64,000 bases of DNA from Aliihoeflea sp. (GCA_046297455.1 JBKBIT010000011.1:33913-97912); one strand, 5' to 3'. Positions 17,848 to 28,978 are shown, counted from the stretch's first letter. The notes: generated from the letters alone by a model not told the origin. Made by a program: numbers and translations.

Positions 17848-18542
17848 AAGTCCAAAGCGCCCTGCCCCGCATCCAGCAGCCCGATCACTTCGGCCGCCAG
17901 CGCCCGTGAGATGCGGCTCTTGCGCTCCAGCGCCAGCCGGTCGAGCCGGTCGACGACCGAGATCGCGGTCGCCAGCGAGCGTTCGATGCGCCGTACCACA
18001 TAGTCGATCACATGCGGCTCGACCTCGACCTGCCGGTCGGCGAAGAGTTTTGCGATGATGGCGGCCAGCAGCGCATCGTCCGGCTCGCCGATCTCGACGA
18101 GGGCCGCAGCCTTCAAGCGCGATTCGAGGTCGGGCAGCGCAACCTGCCAGGAGACCGGAAACCGCCTTGCTGTCATCAGCAGGTGCGAGCCCGCCCCGCG
18201 CACCGCGTTGATGAGGTGAAACAGCCCCTCCTCGTCGAGCGGCCCGGCATCGGCATCGTCGATCAGCACCGGCCCCTTTGCCGCCGCCGCCAGCGCGTCC
18301 TCGCCAAGTTGCGCGGCAAGAAGCGCGCTCGCCCCGCTGCGTTCGCGCCACACCGCGCCCATATGCGACTTGCCGGCGCCCGCCGGCCCCGCCAGCACCA
18401 CCACCGGCGCCGGCCAGTCCGGCCAGCGGTCGATCAGGGCGACCGCCGCCTGGTTGGATTGACCGACCACCAGATCCTCGCGCGCCATGCCGGCCGCACC
18501 CGCCAGATCGAGCGGCAATTGCCGCGCCCGCGTTGCGCTCAA
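17844..18542 (-). CDS. hdaA: DnaA regulatory inactivator HdaA
   Basis: QLPLDL clamp-binding motif, SNQAA, GPAGAGKSH, LPDLESRL, RRIERS; follows perM, divergent from purM. Confidence 0.92.
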   Translation of the reverse strand: MSATRARQLPLDLAGAAGMAREDLVVGQSNQAAVALIDRWPDWPAPVVVLAGPAGAGKSHMGAVWRERSGASALLAAQLGEDALAAAAKGPVLIDDADAGPLDEEGLFHLINAVRGAGSHLLMTARRFPVSWQVALPDLESRLKAAALVEIGEPDDALLAAIIAKLFADRQVEVEPHVIDYVVRRIERSLATAISVVDRLDRLALERKSRISRALAAEVIGLLDAGQGALDF

Positions 18543-19675
18543 GGTTCGCGCTCCTCACCCGAGCCGCTGCCCCGGTAAAGCGGCGACATCAGGTAGCGCG
18601 ACAGCGCGAACCGCACCAGAACGCCGACGGCGGCCGCCGCCGGCACCGCGATCAGGAGGCCCACGAAGCCGAACAGCGAGCCGAAGGCGAACAGCGCGAA
18701 GATGAGCCATACCGGATGCAGCCCGACGCTGCGCCCCACCAGTTTCGGCTGCAATATGTTGCCCTCGATCGTCTGGCCGACGACGAAGATGCCCGCCACC
18801 ACCACGATCAGGTGCCATTCCGGCCAGAACTGCACCAGCGCCACGCCGACCGCCAGCACCAGCCCGACCGCAGCCCCGACATAGGGGATGAAGGACACCA
18901 GCCCCGCGAACAGCCCGATCAGCAGGCCGAAATTCACCCCCACCAGTGTCAGGCCGAGTGCATAGTAGATGCCGAGCAGAAGGCACAGCGTGCCCTGCCC
19001 GCGCAGGAAGCCGGCCAGCGAACGATCGATGTCGGTGGCGATCTGGCGCACCGTGTTGACGTGGTCGCGCGGGACCAGGCTGTCGATGCGCGCCACCATC
19101 CGGTCCCAGTCCAGGAGCATGTAGAAGGTCACCACCGGCGTGATCACGAACAGGCCGGCAATATCGATCAGCGCGCGCCCGGAATTCCACACCGACTGGA
19201 ACAGCCCGGTCAGGAACCCCGCCGCCTGGGTGAGCAGTCCCGACAGGCCCTCGCGCAGGCCGGCCGGCTCGACCCCGATCGTCTGGGTCAGCCAGTTGGG
19301 ATCGAAATCGGTAAAGATCAGCTGCAGCCGCGCCACGTAGGAAGGGATGCGGCTGATGAATTCGGCCAGTTGCGAGGCCAGGATCGGGACCACCAGCATC
19401 AGCGCCAGCACGAAGGTCACCAGCAGGCTGAGCACGATCAGCGTCGTCGCCAGCGCGCGCGACAGGCCGAGCCGTTCGAGCCGGTCGGCGACGGGATCGA
19501 GGAAATAGGCCAGGATCATTCCGGCCACGAAAGGCAGGAGAATCGACCGGAACAGATAGAGGAAGCCGACGAAGACCAGCGCGGCGATCAGCCAGAACAC
19601 GGCCTGGCGCCGCAGCGTCGCCGCGTCGCGCGCCAGTGCGCCGTCCTCAGTCCCTGCTGCCTTCGGATCGTCCAT
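18539..19675 (-). CDS. AI-2E family transporter (PerM-like)
   Basis: ILLPFVAG..LAYFLDP, FLRGQ, SFIPYVG, EGNILQPKLVGRSVGLHPVW. Confidence 0.92.
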   Translation of the reverse strand: MDDPKAAGTEDGALARDAATLRRQAVFWLIAALVFVGFLYLFRSILLPFVAGMILAYFLDPVADRLERLGLSRALATTLIVLSLLVTFVLALMLVVPILASQLAEFISRIPSYVARLQLIFTDFDPNWLTQTIGVEPAGLREGLSGLLTQAAGFLTGLFQSVWNSGRALIDIAGLFVITPVVTFYMLLDWDRMVARIDSLVPRDHVNTVRQIATDIDRSLAGFLRGQGTLCLLLGIYYALGLTLVGVNFGLLIGLFAGLVSFIPYVGAAVGLVLAVGVALVQFWPEWHLIVVVAGIFVVGQTIEGNILQPKLVGRSVGLHPVWLIFALFAFGSLFGFVGLLIAVPAAAAVGVLVRFALSRYLMSPLYRGSGSGEEREP

Positions 19676-19836
19676 CGTCGCCCATATGCTTGAGCCAGGC
19701 CACGAGATAGGCCGCGGTTGAAGTCACGGTCAAGTCGGGCTTTTCTCGGGCCATGCCGCCAGCGTTTTCCTCTTTGACTTGCGAGGTCCATGCCTTCGTG
19801 CGAATAGCCGGCCACGAGCCAAAGCGGACAGGGTCG

Positions 19837-20901
19837 ATGAGCGAAGACGGAAACGGACTCACCTACGCCCAGGCGGGTGTCGATATAGATGCCGGCAACC
19901 GGCTGGTCGAACTCATCAAGCCGATGGTCCGTTCCACCCGCCGTCCGGGCGCCGATGGCGAAATCGGCGGCTTCGGCGGCCTGTTCGACCTGAAGGCAGC
20001 CGGCTTTTCCGATCCAGTGCTGGTTGCAGCCAATGACGGCGTCGGCACCAAGCTGCGCGTGGCCATCGAGGCAGGCATCCACGATACGGTAGGCATCGAT
20101 CTCGTCGCCATGTGCGTCAACGATCTCGTCGTTCAGGGCGCAGAGCCGCTCTTCTTCCTCGACTATTTCGCCACCGGTCAGCTCAATCCCGAACAGGCCG
20201 CCGCGGTGGTTGCCGGCATCGCCGAAGGCTGTCGCCAGGCTGGCTGCGCGCTGATTGGCGGCGAAACGGCGGAAATGCCCGGCATGTATTCGCAAGGCGA
20301 CTACGATCTCGCCGGCTTCGCAGTCGGCGCGGCAGAACGCGGCAGGCTGCTTCCCACGGACAATATCGGCGAAGGCGACGTACTGCTTGGGCTCGCCTCT
20401 TCCGGGCTGCATTCCAACGGCTTTTCGCTGGTGCGACGGGTCATCGAGCATGTCGGCGCCGACCTTCATGCGACTGCGCCATTCGATCCCGACAAGCCAC
20501 TCGGCGCAGCACTCCTGGTGCCGACCCGCATCTATGTGCGACCGCTTCTGGAAGCGATCCGCGGCACCCATGGCATCAAGGCGCTGGCCCACATCACCGG
20601 CGGCGGCTATCCCGAGAACATCCCGCGTGTCCTGCCGAAGGGTTGCGCGGCCGAGATCGACCTCGAGGCAATCGACGTGCCGCCCGTCTTTTCCTGGCTT
20701 GCCAAGGCGGGAGGCATTGCGCACGGGGAAATGCTGCGCACCTTCAATTGCGGCATAGGCATGGTTGTGGTGGCCGATGCCGGACAGGCCGCCCAGGTTG
20801 CCGCGGTTCTTCAGAAAGCAGGCGAGACGGTAACCCCGCTCGGCCGCGTGGTACCGCGTCGCGACAAAGGCGTAATCTACAGGGGACATCTCGACCTATG
20901 A
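19837..20901 (+). CDS. purM: Phosphoribosylformylglycinamidine cyclo-ligase (AIR synthetase)
   Basis: [48 protein letters not shown]. Confidence 0.97.
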   Translation: MSEDGNGLTYAQAGVDIDAGNRLVELIKPMVRSTRRPGADGEIGGFGGLFDLKAAGFSDPVLVAANDGVGTKLRVAIEAGIHDTVGIDLVAMCVNDLVVQGAEPLFFLDYFATGQLNPEQAAAVVAGIAEGCRQAGCALIGGETAEMPGMYSQGDYDLAGFAVGAAERGRLLPTDNIGEGDVLLGLASSGLHSNGFSLVRRVIEHVGADLHATAPFDPDKPLGAALLVPTRIYVRPLLEAIRGTHGIKALAHITGGGYPENIPRVLPKGCAAEIDLEAIDVPPVFSWLAKAGGIAHGEMLRTFNCGIGMVVVADAGQAAQVAAVLQKAGETVTPLGRVVPRRDKGVIYRGHLDL

Positions 20902-21611
20902 CGAACAGGAAGAAGCGGGTTGCCATCCTGATTTCCGGCCGAGGGTCCAACATGGCTGCCCTCATCGCTGCCGCTGCCGAACCGGATTTCCCGGCCGAGA
21001 TCGCCGGCGTCATCGCCGACCGGACAGATGCCAGGGGCCTGGAGCGCGCCGGCGCGCTCGGCGTGCCCGTTCAGGCGATCACGCCGCAGGAACACCCAGA
21101 CAAGCAGGCGCTCGACTCAGCCCTTGACGCGGCCCTCGGTAACCTCGGCGCTGAATATGTGTGTCTTGCCGGCTATATGCGGCTGCTTTCTCCAGCATTT
21201 GTTGAGAAATGGAGCGGCAGGCTGATCAACATTCACCCCTCGCTGCTACCGCTTTTCAAGGGGCTCGACAGCCACAGAAGCTGCCTGGAAGCCGGCATGC
21301 GCATCCATGGCTGCACGGTACATTTCGTTACGGCCGAGATGGATGCCGGTCCGATCATCGCCCAGGCGGCAGTTCCGGTTCTGCCCACTGACGATGAAGA
21401 TGCCCTATCCGCGCGCGTGCTGAAGGCCGAACACGATCTTTATCCGCTTGCCCTGCAACTGGTTCTCGACGGCAAGGTCCGTATGGAAGATGGTCGTGCC
21501 GTGCACGAGTATCTTCCCGGCGAAGAGGCAACTGGAACGCTGTTTTCACCCGCTCACGATGTTCTGGCCGGCCCGGCTGATATCGAGAGCCTTGCAAGGT
21601 TCACGCCTTAG
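20898..21611 (+). CDS. purN: Phosphoribosylglycinamide formyltransferase
   Basis: [32 protein letters not shown]; ATGA overlap with purM. Confidence 0.97.
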   Translation: MTNRKKRVAILISGRGSNMAALIAAAAEPDFPAEIAGVIADRTDARGLERAGALGVPVQAITPQEHPDKQALDSALDAALGNLGAEYVCLAGYMRLLSPAFVEKWSGRLINIHPSLLPLFKGLDSHRSCLEAGMRIHGCTVHFVTAEMDAGPIIAQAAVPVLPTDDEDALSARVLKAEHDLYPLALQLVLDGKVRMEDGRAVHEYLPGEEATGTLFSPAHDVLAGPADIESLARFTP

Positions 21612-23707
21612 GCCTTCCGCAGCCACACCTTGTTGTCGTGGAAGGCAGGGCCGCCACAGGGCGCGGCGGCATCCGCGCCAGTCAGCACGTTGATTCCTTC
21701 GCCGCGCTCATGCGCCGAGTTGGGCCAGATGCCTTCCGCGATCACCACGCCCGGCCGCACGTCCTCGGAAAGCCGGGCATGAAGCACCACCTCGCCGCGC
21801 CGGTTGCCAATCTCCACACGCTCGCCGTCATCGATCCCCAGCGATGCCCCGTCCTCGGGATGGATCATCAGTTCCGGCCTCTTCTCGCGCTTTAGCGATC
21901 CGGGAGTCTCTGTGAAGCTCGAATTCAGAAAGGAGCGCGCCGGCGACGTCGCCAGCCGGAACGGATGCTCGGCATCCGCCGTCTCGATCAGTTCGACATG
22001 GTCTGGAAATTCCGGCAGCCGCTCGTGCGGGCCGAGAAATCCCACCGAGGGTGGCGGCAGGTTGGGCACCGCCGTCCCCGTCCATTGCGGGCGAAAGCGG
22101 AATTTGCCGTCAGCATGCCCGAAGCCATTGAGGTAGTGCGAGGTCTCGAAATCCGGCTGCATGTCGACGAAGCGATCCGCCTTCATCCGGCCGAATGCTC
22201 CCGCCTCGCCCAGCATGCGATCGATATGCTCTTCCTCGCTCATGCCGAAACCGGGCATGTGAGCCACGCCCAGGCGCCTGGCCAGTTCCTCGATCACGTA
22301 CAAATTCGTGCGCGGGCCTTCCGGCGGCTCCACCAGCTTCGGGCCGGGGATCATGTACTGGTTGCCGCCGCCCTTGTAGATGTCGTCATGCTCAAGGAAC
22401 ATGGTGGCCGGCAGCACGACGTCGGCGAGCTTCGCCGTGTCGGTCATGAACTGCTCGTGAACGCAGGAGAAGAGGTCTGCGCGCATGAAGCCTTTCGTTA
22501 CGAGCCGCTGCTCGGGGCACACATTGACGGGATTGGTGTTCTGGATCAGCAGCGCCGTGACCGGTGGACCGCCGCGCAGCGCCTCGGCGTCGCCCGTCAG
22601 GACCCGTCCGATCTGCGACTGGTCGAGGAAACGCACTGACGGGTCGCGATAGGCCGTGCCTTCGAGCACGCTCTTGTCGAGTTTGTAGATGGCGCCATTG
22701 TTGTGGAAGGCGCCGCCGCCCTCATATTGCCAGGCGCCTGTAACTGCAGCGATCGACGCCGCCGCGTGCATATTGACCGCACCATTGCGCTGGCGTGCGA
22801 AGCCATAGCCGAGCCGGAAGAAGGTCTTCTTCGTCGTGCCGACCAGCCGGGCGAATTCCTCGATCTCTGCGACCGACAACCCGGTGATCGCGGCCGCCCA
22901 TTCCGGTGTCCGCGTCTCGAGATGCGCCTCCAGCCCCATGGGGTCGTCGGTATATTTTTCCAGATAGTCCCGATCAGCCAGCCCCTCGCGGAACAGCACA
23001 TGCATGACCGCGCAGGCCAGCGCCCCGTCGGTGCCGGGTCGCACCACCAGCGCCATGTCGGCCTGCTTCATCGTGGCGTTGTCGTAGATGTCGATCACGA
23101 CGATCTTTGCGCCGCGTTCCTTGCGAGCCTTCACTGCATGGGTCATCACGTTGACCTGGGTGGCCACCGCGTTGGTGCCCCAGATCACCACGCAATCGGC
23201 CTTGGCCATCTCGCGTGGATCAGGACCGGCAAGCCTGCCAGTGCCCATGACATAGCCCGTCCAGGCGAGATTGGTGCAGATGGTGGAAAAGAAGCCTGAA
23301 TACTTCTTCGCATGCCGCAGCCGCTCAATCGAATCGCGCTGCACCAGCCCCATCGTGCCGGCGTAGAAATACGGCCAGACGGCTTCGGCCCCATCCTTTT
23401 CTTCGGCCTTGCTCAGCTTTTCGGCCACCAAGTCAAGCGCGGCTTCCCAGCTTGCCTCCTTCCAGGAGCCTTCGCCCTTGGCACCGGCGCGCACCAGCGG
23501 CTTCATCAGCCGGTCGGGATGGTGGATGCGCTCGGCATAGCGCGCCACCTTGGCGCAGATAACGCCGTCGGTGTAGCTGTTGTCCTTGGCGCCAGACAGC
23601 CGACCGATCCGCCCGTCAGGCAGGATCTCGACATTGAGGGCGCAGGTCGACGGACAGTCGTGCGGACAGGCCGAATGTCCGATTCTGATATTTGCGGGCG
23701 CGTTCAT
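21608..23707 (-). CDS. Molybdopterin oxidoreductase family protein (DMSO reductase superfamily)
   Basis: CPHDCPSTC...C Fe-S motif, DRLMKPL, ADVVLPATMFLEHDD, C-terminal molybdopterin-binding domain. Confidence 0.92.
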   Translation of the reverse strand: MNAPANIRIGHSACPHDCPSTCALNVEILPDGRIGRLSGAKDNSYTDGVICAKVARYAERIHHPDRLMKPLVRAGAKGEGSWKEASWEAALDLVAEKLSKAEEKDGAEAVWPYFYAGTMGLVQRDSIERLRHAKKYSGFFSTICTNLAWTGYVMGTGRLAGPDPREMAKADCVVIWGTNAVATQVNVMTHAVKARKERGAKIVVIDIYDNATMKQADMALVVRPGTDGALACAVMHVLFREGLADRDYLEKYTDDPMGLEAHLETRTPEWAAAITGLSVAEIEEFARLVGTTKKTFFRLGYGFARQRNGAVNMHAAASIAAVTGAWQYEGGGAFHNNGAIYKLDKSVLEGTAYRDPSVRFLDQSQIGRVLTGDAEALRGGPPVTALLIQNTNPVNVCPEQRLVTKGFMRADLFSCVHEQFMTDTAKLADVVLPATMFLEHDDIYKGGGNQYMIPGPKLVEPPEGPRTNLYVIEELARRLGVAHMPGFGMSEEEHIDRMLGEAGAFGRMKADRFVDMQPDFETSHYLNGFGHADGKFRFRPQWTGTAVPNLPPPSVGFLGPHERLPEFPDHVELIETADAEHPFRLATSPARSFLNSSFTETPGSLKREKRPELMIHPEDGASLGIDDGERVEIGNRRGEVVLHARLSEDVRPGVVIAEGIWPNSAHERGEGINVLTGADAAAPCGGPAFHDNKVWLRKA

Positions 23708-23811
23708 GCCGATCTCACTAGCGCAATTTCGTCCGGCGGAGTAGGCACCAGCATGCCTGTTAGATTGACACAGTTGCCGCCCCGCACCCTCCCCGACCGA
23801 GGCGGCCGGTT

Positions 23812-24660
23812 ATGAACTACCGCCACGCCTTCCACGCCGGCAATTTCGCCGACGTCCTGAAGCACGCCGTCCTGGCGCGCATCGTGGCCTATCTGCAGCG
23901 CAAGGAAGCCGCATTCCGCGTCATCGACACACATGCCGGCATCGGGCTCTACGACCTGACTTCCGATGAGGCTGGACGTACCGGGGAATGGGAAACCGGC
24001 ATCGCCCGCCTTTTGGCAGCCCCCGCTCCCGCCGCAGCGGCCGAACTCCTCGCTCCTTATCTCGACATCGTGCGGGCGCTCAACCCGGAGGGGCTCAGGT
24101 TTTATCCCGGCTCCCCGCTTGTCACCCGCCGCCTCTTGCGCAAGCAGGATCGGCTGACGGCCATCGAACTGCACCCGGCAGACGCGACCATGCTGAAGGC
24201 AAATTTCACAGGCGACCACCAGGTGCGTGTCATTGAACTCGATGGCTTTCTGGCGCTCGGCGCCCATCTTCCGCCGAAGGAGAAACGTGGTCTCGTCCTC
24301 ATCGATCCGCCGTTCGAGAAGCCGGACGAATTCGACACCATCCTGAAGGGTATTGCGAAGGCCCACCGCCGCTGGCCCGGCGGCACCTATGCGATCTGGT
24401 ACCCGATCAAGAAAACCGGCGAGGTGGACCGTTTTCGCGACGGCCTGGCCGCGCTTGCGATCCCCAACATACTCGATATCCGCCTCACCACCCGCGCGGC
24501 CACGCCGGAACCCCGGCTCCACGGCTGCGGCATGGCGGTCACCAATCCGCCTTTTGTGCTGGAATCCGAAATGGCGACGCTGTTGCCCCATCTCGTGGAG
24601 ACACTGGGACTGGATGCGTCGGCTGCGGCCAGCACCGTGTGGCTGGCCGGCGAAACGTAG
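23812..24660 (+). CDS. rlmJ: 23S rRNA m6A2030 methyltransferase
   Basis: MNYRHAFHAGNFADVLKH, YPGSP, LIDPPFE, WYPIK. Confidence 0.95.
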   Translation: MNYRHAFHAGNFADVLKHAVLARIVAYLQRKEAAFRVIDTHAGIGLYDLTSDEAGRTGEWETGIARLLAAPAPAAAAELLAPYLDIVRALNPEGLRFYPGSPLVTRRLLRKQDRLTAIELHPADATMLKANFTGDHQVRVIELDGFLALGAHLPPKEKRGLVLIDPPFEKPDEFDTILKGIAKAHRRWPGGTYAIWYPIKKTGEVDRFRDGLAALAIPNILDIRLTTRAATPEPRLHGCGMAVTNPPFVLESEMATLLPHLVETLGLDASAAASTVWLAGET

Positions 24661-24700
24661 GGCCCACTCCGTTGAACGGACCTGCAAGGCCGTGCGGCAG

Positions 24701-24931
24701 CTACCCCGCGAACGTCACCTTCACCCCACGTTGACGGAAATAGGCTTGCATCATCTTCCTGCCCTGTCGGTTGCTCTGGGCAAGTCTGGCCGGATCGAAC
24801 ACGGCTTCCTTCTGGCCCTCCCGGGCCATGGCACGCTTGAGATCCGCGATATGCTCGTCGATGCCTTCATTGTCGGCCTCGAGCGAGGCATAGATGTTCT
24901 GGGTGATTTCAGCCACGCTTGGCTCGCTCAC
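24701..24931 (-). CDS. Small hypothetical protein
   Basis: 76-aa ORF with GAGGAG RBS and GTG start; fills the gap. Confidence 0.7.
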   Translation of the reverse strand: MSEPSVAEITQNIYASLEADNEGIDEHIADLKRAMAREGQKEAVFDPARLAQSNRQGRKMMQAYFRQRGVKVTFAG

Positions 24932-25133
24932 GGCGTTGTCTCCTCGATGATTGCTGCGGCCCCGCTAGCACATATCTGATGGGCCACCTACTGCAACATC
25001 GCCTCTTTCTGTCGGTGACCGCACGCCGCGCCGCAATTGCGCATGTCGCTGGCCGCCGGACCTCTCTTAGCCTTGACCTTCCGGCCATCATCGGGGAATC
25101 TCTGCTCCTGCGCTTCCCACAAGGATTCCCCGG

Positions 25134-25571
25134 ATGAAGTCTTTCGCTCGAATAGCTGCCGCGCTGGCGCTCAGCTGGGCATTCATTGTGCCGAGCGTCG
25201 CGCTTTCGGCAGATCTCATTCGGGGTGTGCACGTTAGAGACCCCGGCGTTTGCGGCCACGAGCGGGTGCTGAATCGTATTGCCACGCGATTCGATCATCA
25301 GGTCCGCAACGTGCCCAACCTTCCCCAGGTCGCTATTGCCGGCTTTCACAACATCCGCGAGAACCGGCACCGCCCGGCGATGAAGGATCGGCCGATCGAC
25401 CGCCGTTACTGCCATGCCGTGGTTTCCCTTACCAACGGACACAGCCGCGACGTCTGGTACCTGATAGAAGTACCGATGGGCTTCGCCGGCATAGGCAGCA
25501 ATGTCGAGTTCTGCGTTTCGGGATTTGACCGCTGGTATGTGTATGGTGGCAGCTGCCGTATCCTGCGCTGA
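25134..25571 (+). CDS. Hypothetical exported protein (Cys-containing)
   Basis: Signal peptide; RRYC, MGFAGIG..VEFCVSGFDRWYVYGGSCRILR C-terminus; upstream of RNase T2. Confidence 0.8.
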   Translation: MKSFARIAAALALSWAFIVPSVALSADLIRGVHVRDPGVCGHERVLNRIATRFDHQVRNVPNLPQVAIAGFHNIRENRHRPAMKDRPIDRRYCHAVVSLTNGHSRDVWYLIEVPMGFAGIGSNVEFCVSGFDRWYVYGGSCRILR

Positions 25572-25578
25572 GCTGCCG

Positions 25579-26211
25579 GTGCGACGATCTCCGTCGCTTT
25601 TGCTGCTCGCCTTCTTTCTAACGGCCTGCGGCTCTCAACCGGAGCCCACCCCGACACCGTTCGACTTCTACGTCCTGGCGATCTCCTGGTCCCCAAGCTA
25701 TTGCGCCGCCGAAGGGGCATCGGCGAATCGGCGCCAGTGTGAGGCACGCCCCCCTCATGGCTTCGTCGTTCACGGCCTGTGGCCTCAGCATGAACAGGGC
25801 TGGCCCGAATTCTGCGCACCGGGCAGCGAGGAATGGGTCGCGGACGAACTCGCCCGATCCATGCTCGACATCATGCCGTCTTCCGGGCTTGTCGGCCATC
25901 AGTGGCGCAAGCATGGCTCCTGCTCCGGCCTGTCGCAGGAAGACTATTTCGCACTCACGCGCGCAGCGTTCGAGCGGATCGCCCTGCCCGATCCAGCACC
26001 TCTAACCCCGCTTGTCGATCCCGTACGGCTGGCCACGATGGTTCGCAGTGCCAATGAGGGCCTTGAGGAGGGTCAGATGGCCGTTACCTGCGACGCAACC
26101 TATCTGCGCGAGATCAGGATCTGCATGACTGGGAACCTGGATTTCCGTGCCTGCCCGGAAGTCGCTGCACGCGCTTGTGTCCTTGATCAGGCCCGCATGC
26201 CATCTCCATAG
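25579..26211 (+). CDS. Ribonuclease T2 family (probable lipoprotein)
   Basis: FVVHGLWPQ and HQWRKHGSC active-site motifs; lipobox LTAC; start uncertain. Confidence 0.9.
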   Translation: MRRSPSLLLLAFFLTACGSQPEPTPTPFDFYVLAISWSPSYCAAEGASANRRQCEARPPHGFVVHGLWPQHEQGWPEFCAPGSEEWVADELARSMLDIMPSSGLVGHQWRKHGSCSGLSQEDYFALTRAAFERIALPDPAPLTPLVDPVRLATMVRSANEGLEEGQMAVTCDATYLREIRICMTGNLDFRACPEVAARACVLDQARMPSP

Positions 26212-26220
26212 GCCTAACGC

Positions 26221-26248
26221 AAAAAGGCCGGGCACGTGGCCCGGCCTT
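26221..26248 (-). terminator. Rho-independent terminator of the omp gene
   Basis: Minus strand AAGGCCGGGC-CACGT-GCCCGGCCTT followed by a T run. Confidence 0.8.
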
Positions 26249-26272
26249 CAAGCTTGCTAAGCGAACGACTGC

Positions 26273-26956
26273 TTAGAACTTCACACCGATGCCGACGCCG
26301 ACGCGATGATTGCGGTCGTTGACCGAAGAGGTCACGCCACCGAAGTTGAAGTTCCGGTTGCCGTAGTCGGTGTAGCGGTACTCGACGCGGCCGAAGACCT
26401 GGTCGGTCAGGCGCGCATCCATACCGGCACCGACCGTCCAGCCGATCATCGCCTGCGTGTCGGCAGGGGTGACGCCGGCCGGGTCAACGGTCAGACGCTG
26501 AGCCGCGATACCACCGGTACCGTAGATCAGGATGTCGTCGGTGATTGCCACACCGGCGCGGGCACGCAGCGAGCCTTCGAGGCCCGAACGCGACGTATCG
26601 CCAGTGGCATTGGTACCGCTGAAGCGGCTGTAGTTCAGATCAGCCTCGGCACCGTAGACGAACATGTCGTTCTGCAGATTGTAGCCGAGGAACGCACCGC
26701 CGAACCAGCCGTCGGTGTTGGAGATCGGGCCACCCAGCGCGGGGCTGTTGACGCGACCGCCGAAGCCGTAGCCGAACTGGAGACCCGCATAGGGACCGGT
26801 CCAGGTCGCGATGGGGCCAAAATCCATCGGAGCGGCGGGCTGCGGAGCCGGCGGCTCCTGGAACACCACGTCAGCCGCGTAGGCAGGTGCCGCTGCGAGA
26901 ACGGCAATGCCGAGAGCCGCAGCGAAGGGCTTGGCGAGAATCTTGCTGGCTTTCAT
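26273..26956 (-). CDS. Outer membrane beta-barrel protein, Omp25/RopB family
   Basis: Signal peptide AYA-AD, WTGPYAG, GSLRARAG, GWTVGAG, RVEYRYTDY, C-terminal GIGVKF; AGGAG RBS. Confidence 0.92.
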   Translation of the reverse strand: MKASKILAKPFAAALGIAVLAAAPAYAADVVFQEPPAPQPAAPMDFGPIATWTGPYAGLQFGYGFGGRVNSPALGGPISNTDGWFGGAFLGYNLQNDMFVYGAEADLNYSRFSGTNATGDTSRSGLEGSLRARAGVAITDDILIYGTGGIAAQRLTVDPAGVTPADTQAMIGWTVGAGMDARLTDQVFGRVEYRYTDYGNRNFNFGGVTSSVNDRNHRVGVGIGVKF

Positions 26957-27255
26957 TCTTCTTACTCCTGAGCCAAAGGAAACGCGGTACGCTTCCGCCT
27001 TGTTGGGGCATCTGGAACCGAACCTTGGGAACGAACGGTTCAAGACGCCTGCGGTTCCGACACTGATGCCGGAATAGGGCTGAAGGACACCAAAATAGTG
27101 AAGTTTTCCTGTCTGAATTCAGGCGGAACCATGACGTTGCATTCCAGCCACACCACTCAAACCGTCTCGATCGGACATCAATGGCACTTGGTGGCGGGAT
27201 TTCGCACACTTATATGTCGGCCAGCACTCACCTCCTTTTCCCGTCGGATCCCCTC

Positions 27256-28200
27256 ATGTTTCTCAGCGTCCTGTTGCTGCTTGCCGGAATGGGGCTCCTG
27301 TTCTGGACCGGCGATGTTCTGGTCAAGGGCGCGGTAGGTCTGGCCGAGAACCTGGGCATCCCGCAGCTGGTGATCGGCCTCACGGTCGTCGCTTTCGGCA
27401 CATCCGCCCCGGAACTCTTCATTTCGGTCCAGGCAGCATTGGCCGGCCAGTCAGGCATTGCCATCGGAAATGTGGTCGGCTCCAACATTGCTAACGTCCT
27501 TCTGGTCATCGGTCTGCCTGCCTTGCTGGCACCCGTTCTGGCCAACCAGCCGGGCCTGCGCCGCAACATGACGGCGATGCTTGTCCTGACCGTCCTCTTC
27601 ATGTGGTTTCTGTCAAATGGCATTATCGGCCGTCTGGAAGGTGCCTTGCTGGTTGTCGCGATTTGCCTGTTCATAGGCTGGCAGATCTACGAGGCGATGG
27701 TGGCCGAGCGAGCGCCCGTACTGGATTTCCAGGACGAACTGGGTGAGGCACCACACCAGGGATGGAGGATAGCCGCCTACCTCGCCGTCGGCATCCTCGG
27801 GCTGCCCTTGGCCGCACATCTGACGATCACCGGCGCCGTTGACGTCGCGGAGTATTTCGACATTTCCGACGCGGTCATCGGACTGACGGTCATCGCCATC
27901 GGAACCTCCCTGCCTGAACTCGCAACCACCTTCATGGCGGCCATCCGCAACAGTGGTGGCGTCGCCATCGGCAATATTGTCGGCTCCAACATCTTCAACA
28001 TCGCCGCCATCATGGGCCTTACAGCGCTGATCATGCCGGTCACCGTGGCCGACCGCATCGTTGCCATCGACATGTGGGTCATGCTGGGCACGTCGATCAT
28101 CCTGGCCGTGCTTGCCTATGCACGCATCACGGCCGGAAAGCTGATGGGCATGGCTTTGCTAGTCGGGTTCGGCGCCTATATTGCCAGCTTCATCTATTGA
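27256..28200 (+). CDS. Calcium/sodium antiporter (YrbG family)
   Basis: Two alpha repeats GTSAPEL...GNVVGSNI and GTSLPEL...GNIVGSNI. Confidence 0.92.
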   Translation: MFLSVLLLLAGMGLLFWTGDVLVKGAVGLAENLGIPQLVIGLTVVAFGTSAPELFISVQAALAGQSGIAIGNVVGSNIANVLLVIGLPALLAPVLANQPGLRRNMTAMLVLTVLFMWFLSNGIIGRLEGALLVVAICLFIGWQIYEAMVAERAPVLDFQDELGEAPHQGWRIAAYLAVGILGLPLAAHLTITGAVDVAEYFDISDAVIGLTVIAIGTSLPELATTFMAAIRNSGGVAIGNIVGSNIFNIAAIMGLTALIMPVTVADRIVAIDMWVMLGTSIILAVLAYARITAGKLMGMALLVGFGAYIASFIY

Positions 28201-28216
28201 TAGGCTGGCTGAAGAT

Positions 28217-28975
28217 ATGCGGATGCAAGGGACCGTTCTGGTAACGGGAGGCGCGAAACGCGTTGGAAAGGCGATCGTGGAAGACCTGGCCGCACACGGA
28301 TTTGCGGTCGCGATCCACGCGAACCGGTCCGGCAGGGAAGCGAACGAACTGGCGGCCGGGATTGCCTCGCGCGGAGGCAGTTCCACCGTGGTCACGGCTG
28401 ATCTGACAGACGAAGCCGCAACCAGGGCACTAATCGACCAGGCAGAGAAGGCGCTCGGCCCGGTAAAGCTTGTGGTCAACAACGCGTCCTTGTTTCGCGA
28501 TGACCGTGTCGAGGACGGTTACTGGCCCGATTGGGACGCCCATTTTGCGGTCCATGTGAAGGCACCCTCGATCCTGACGGCGGAAATGGCCAAGCGCCTG
28601 CCCGATGGCAGCGAGGGGCTCGTCGTTAACCTGATAGACCAGCGTGTATGGTCGCTGACCCCGCTGCACTATTCCTACACGCTGTCGAAATCTGCGCTGT
28701 GGGCCGCGACACGCACGATGGCGCAGTCGCTTGCGCCTCGTATCCGCGTCAATGCAATCGGCCCCGGCCCGACACTTGCCAACGAGCGCCAGAGCCCGGC
28801 GGACTTCGATCGCCAGGCCGCTGCCGTTCTGCTGCGCCGTTCCCCCGACCTGTCGGAGTTCGGCGACACGATCCGCTGGCTTTGGCGGTCGCGTTCGGTT
28901 ACCGGACAGATGATCGCACTTGATGGCGGCCAGCATCTGGCCTGGGAGACCCCAGACGCGGTGGACACACACTGA
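28217..28975 (+). CDS. SDR oxidoreductase (pteridine reductase/FolM-like)
   Basis: TGGAKRVG, NNASLF, YTLSK; directly upstream of uvrC. Confidence 0.88.
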   Translation: MRMQGTVLVTGGAKRVGKAIVEDLAAHGFAVAIHANRSGREANELAAGIASRGGSSTVVTADLTDEAATRALIDQAEKALGPVKLVVNNASLFRDDRVEDGYWPDWDAHFAVHVKAPSILTAEMAKRLPDGSEGLVVNLIDQRVWSLTPLHYSYTLSKSALWAATRTMAQSLAPRIRVNAIGPGPTLANERQSPADFDRQAAAVLLRRSPDLSEFGDTIRWLWRSRSVTGQMIALDGGQHLAWETPDAVDTH

Positions 28976-28978
28976 ACA

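Noticed and set aside
17740-18558. 272-aa ORF ending in MSLSRNRFPLSGDML
   Set aside because: An alternate frame of hdaA running into the palindromic repeat; the tail is repeat-derived.
13752-19675. Visibly higher GC in hdaA/perM and neighbours than in purN or the GGDEF gene
   Set aside because: Similar variation occurs elsewhere (e.g. the ABC-F gene), and I cannot quantify it without computation.
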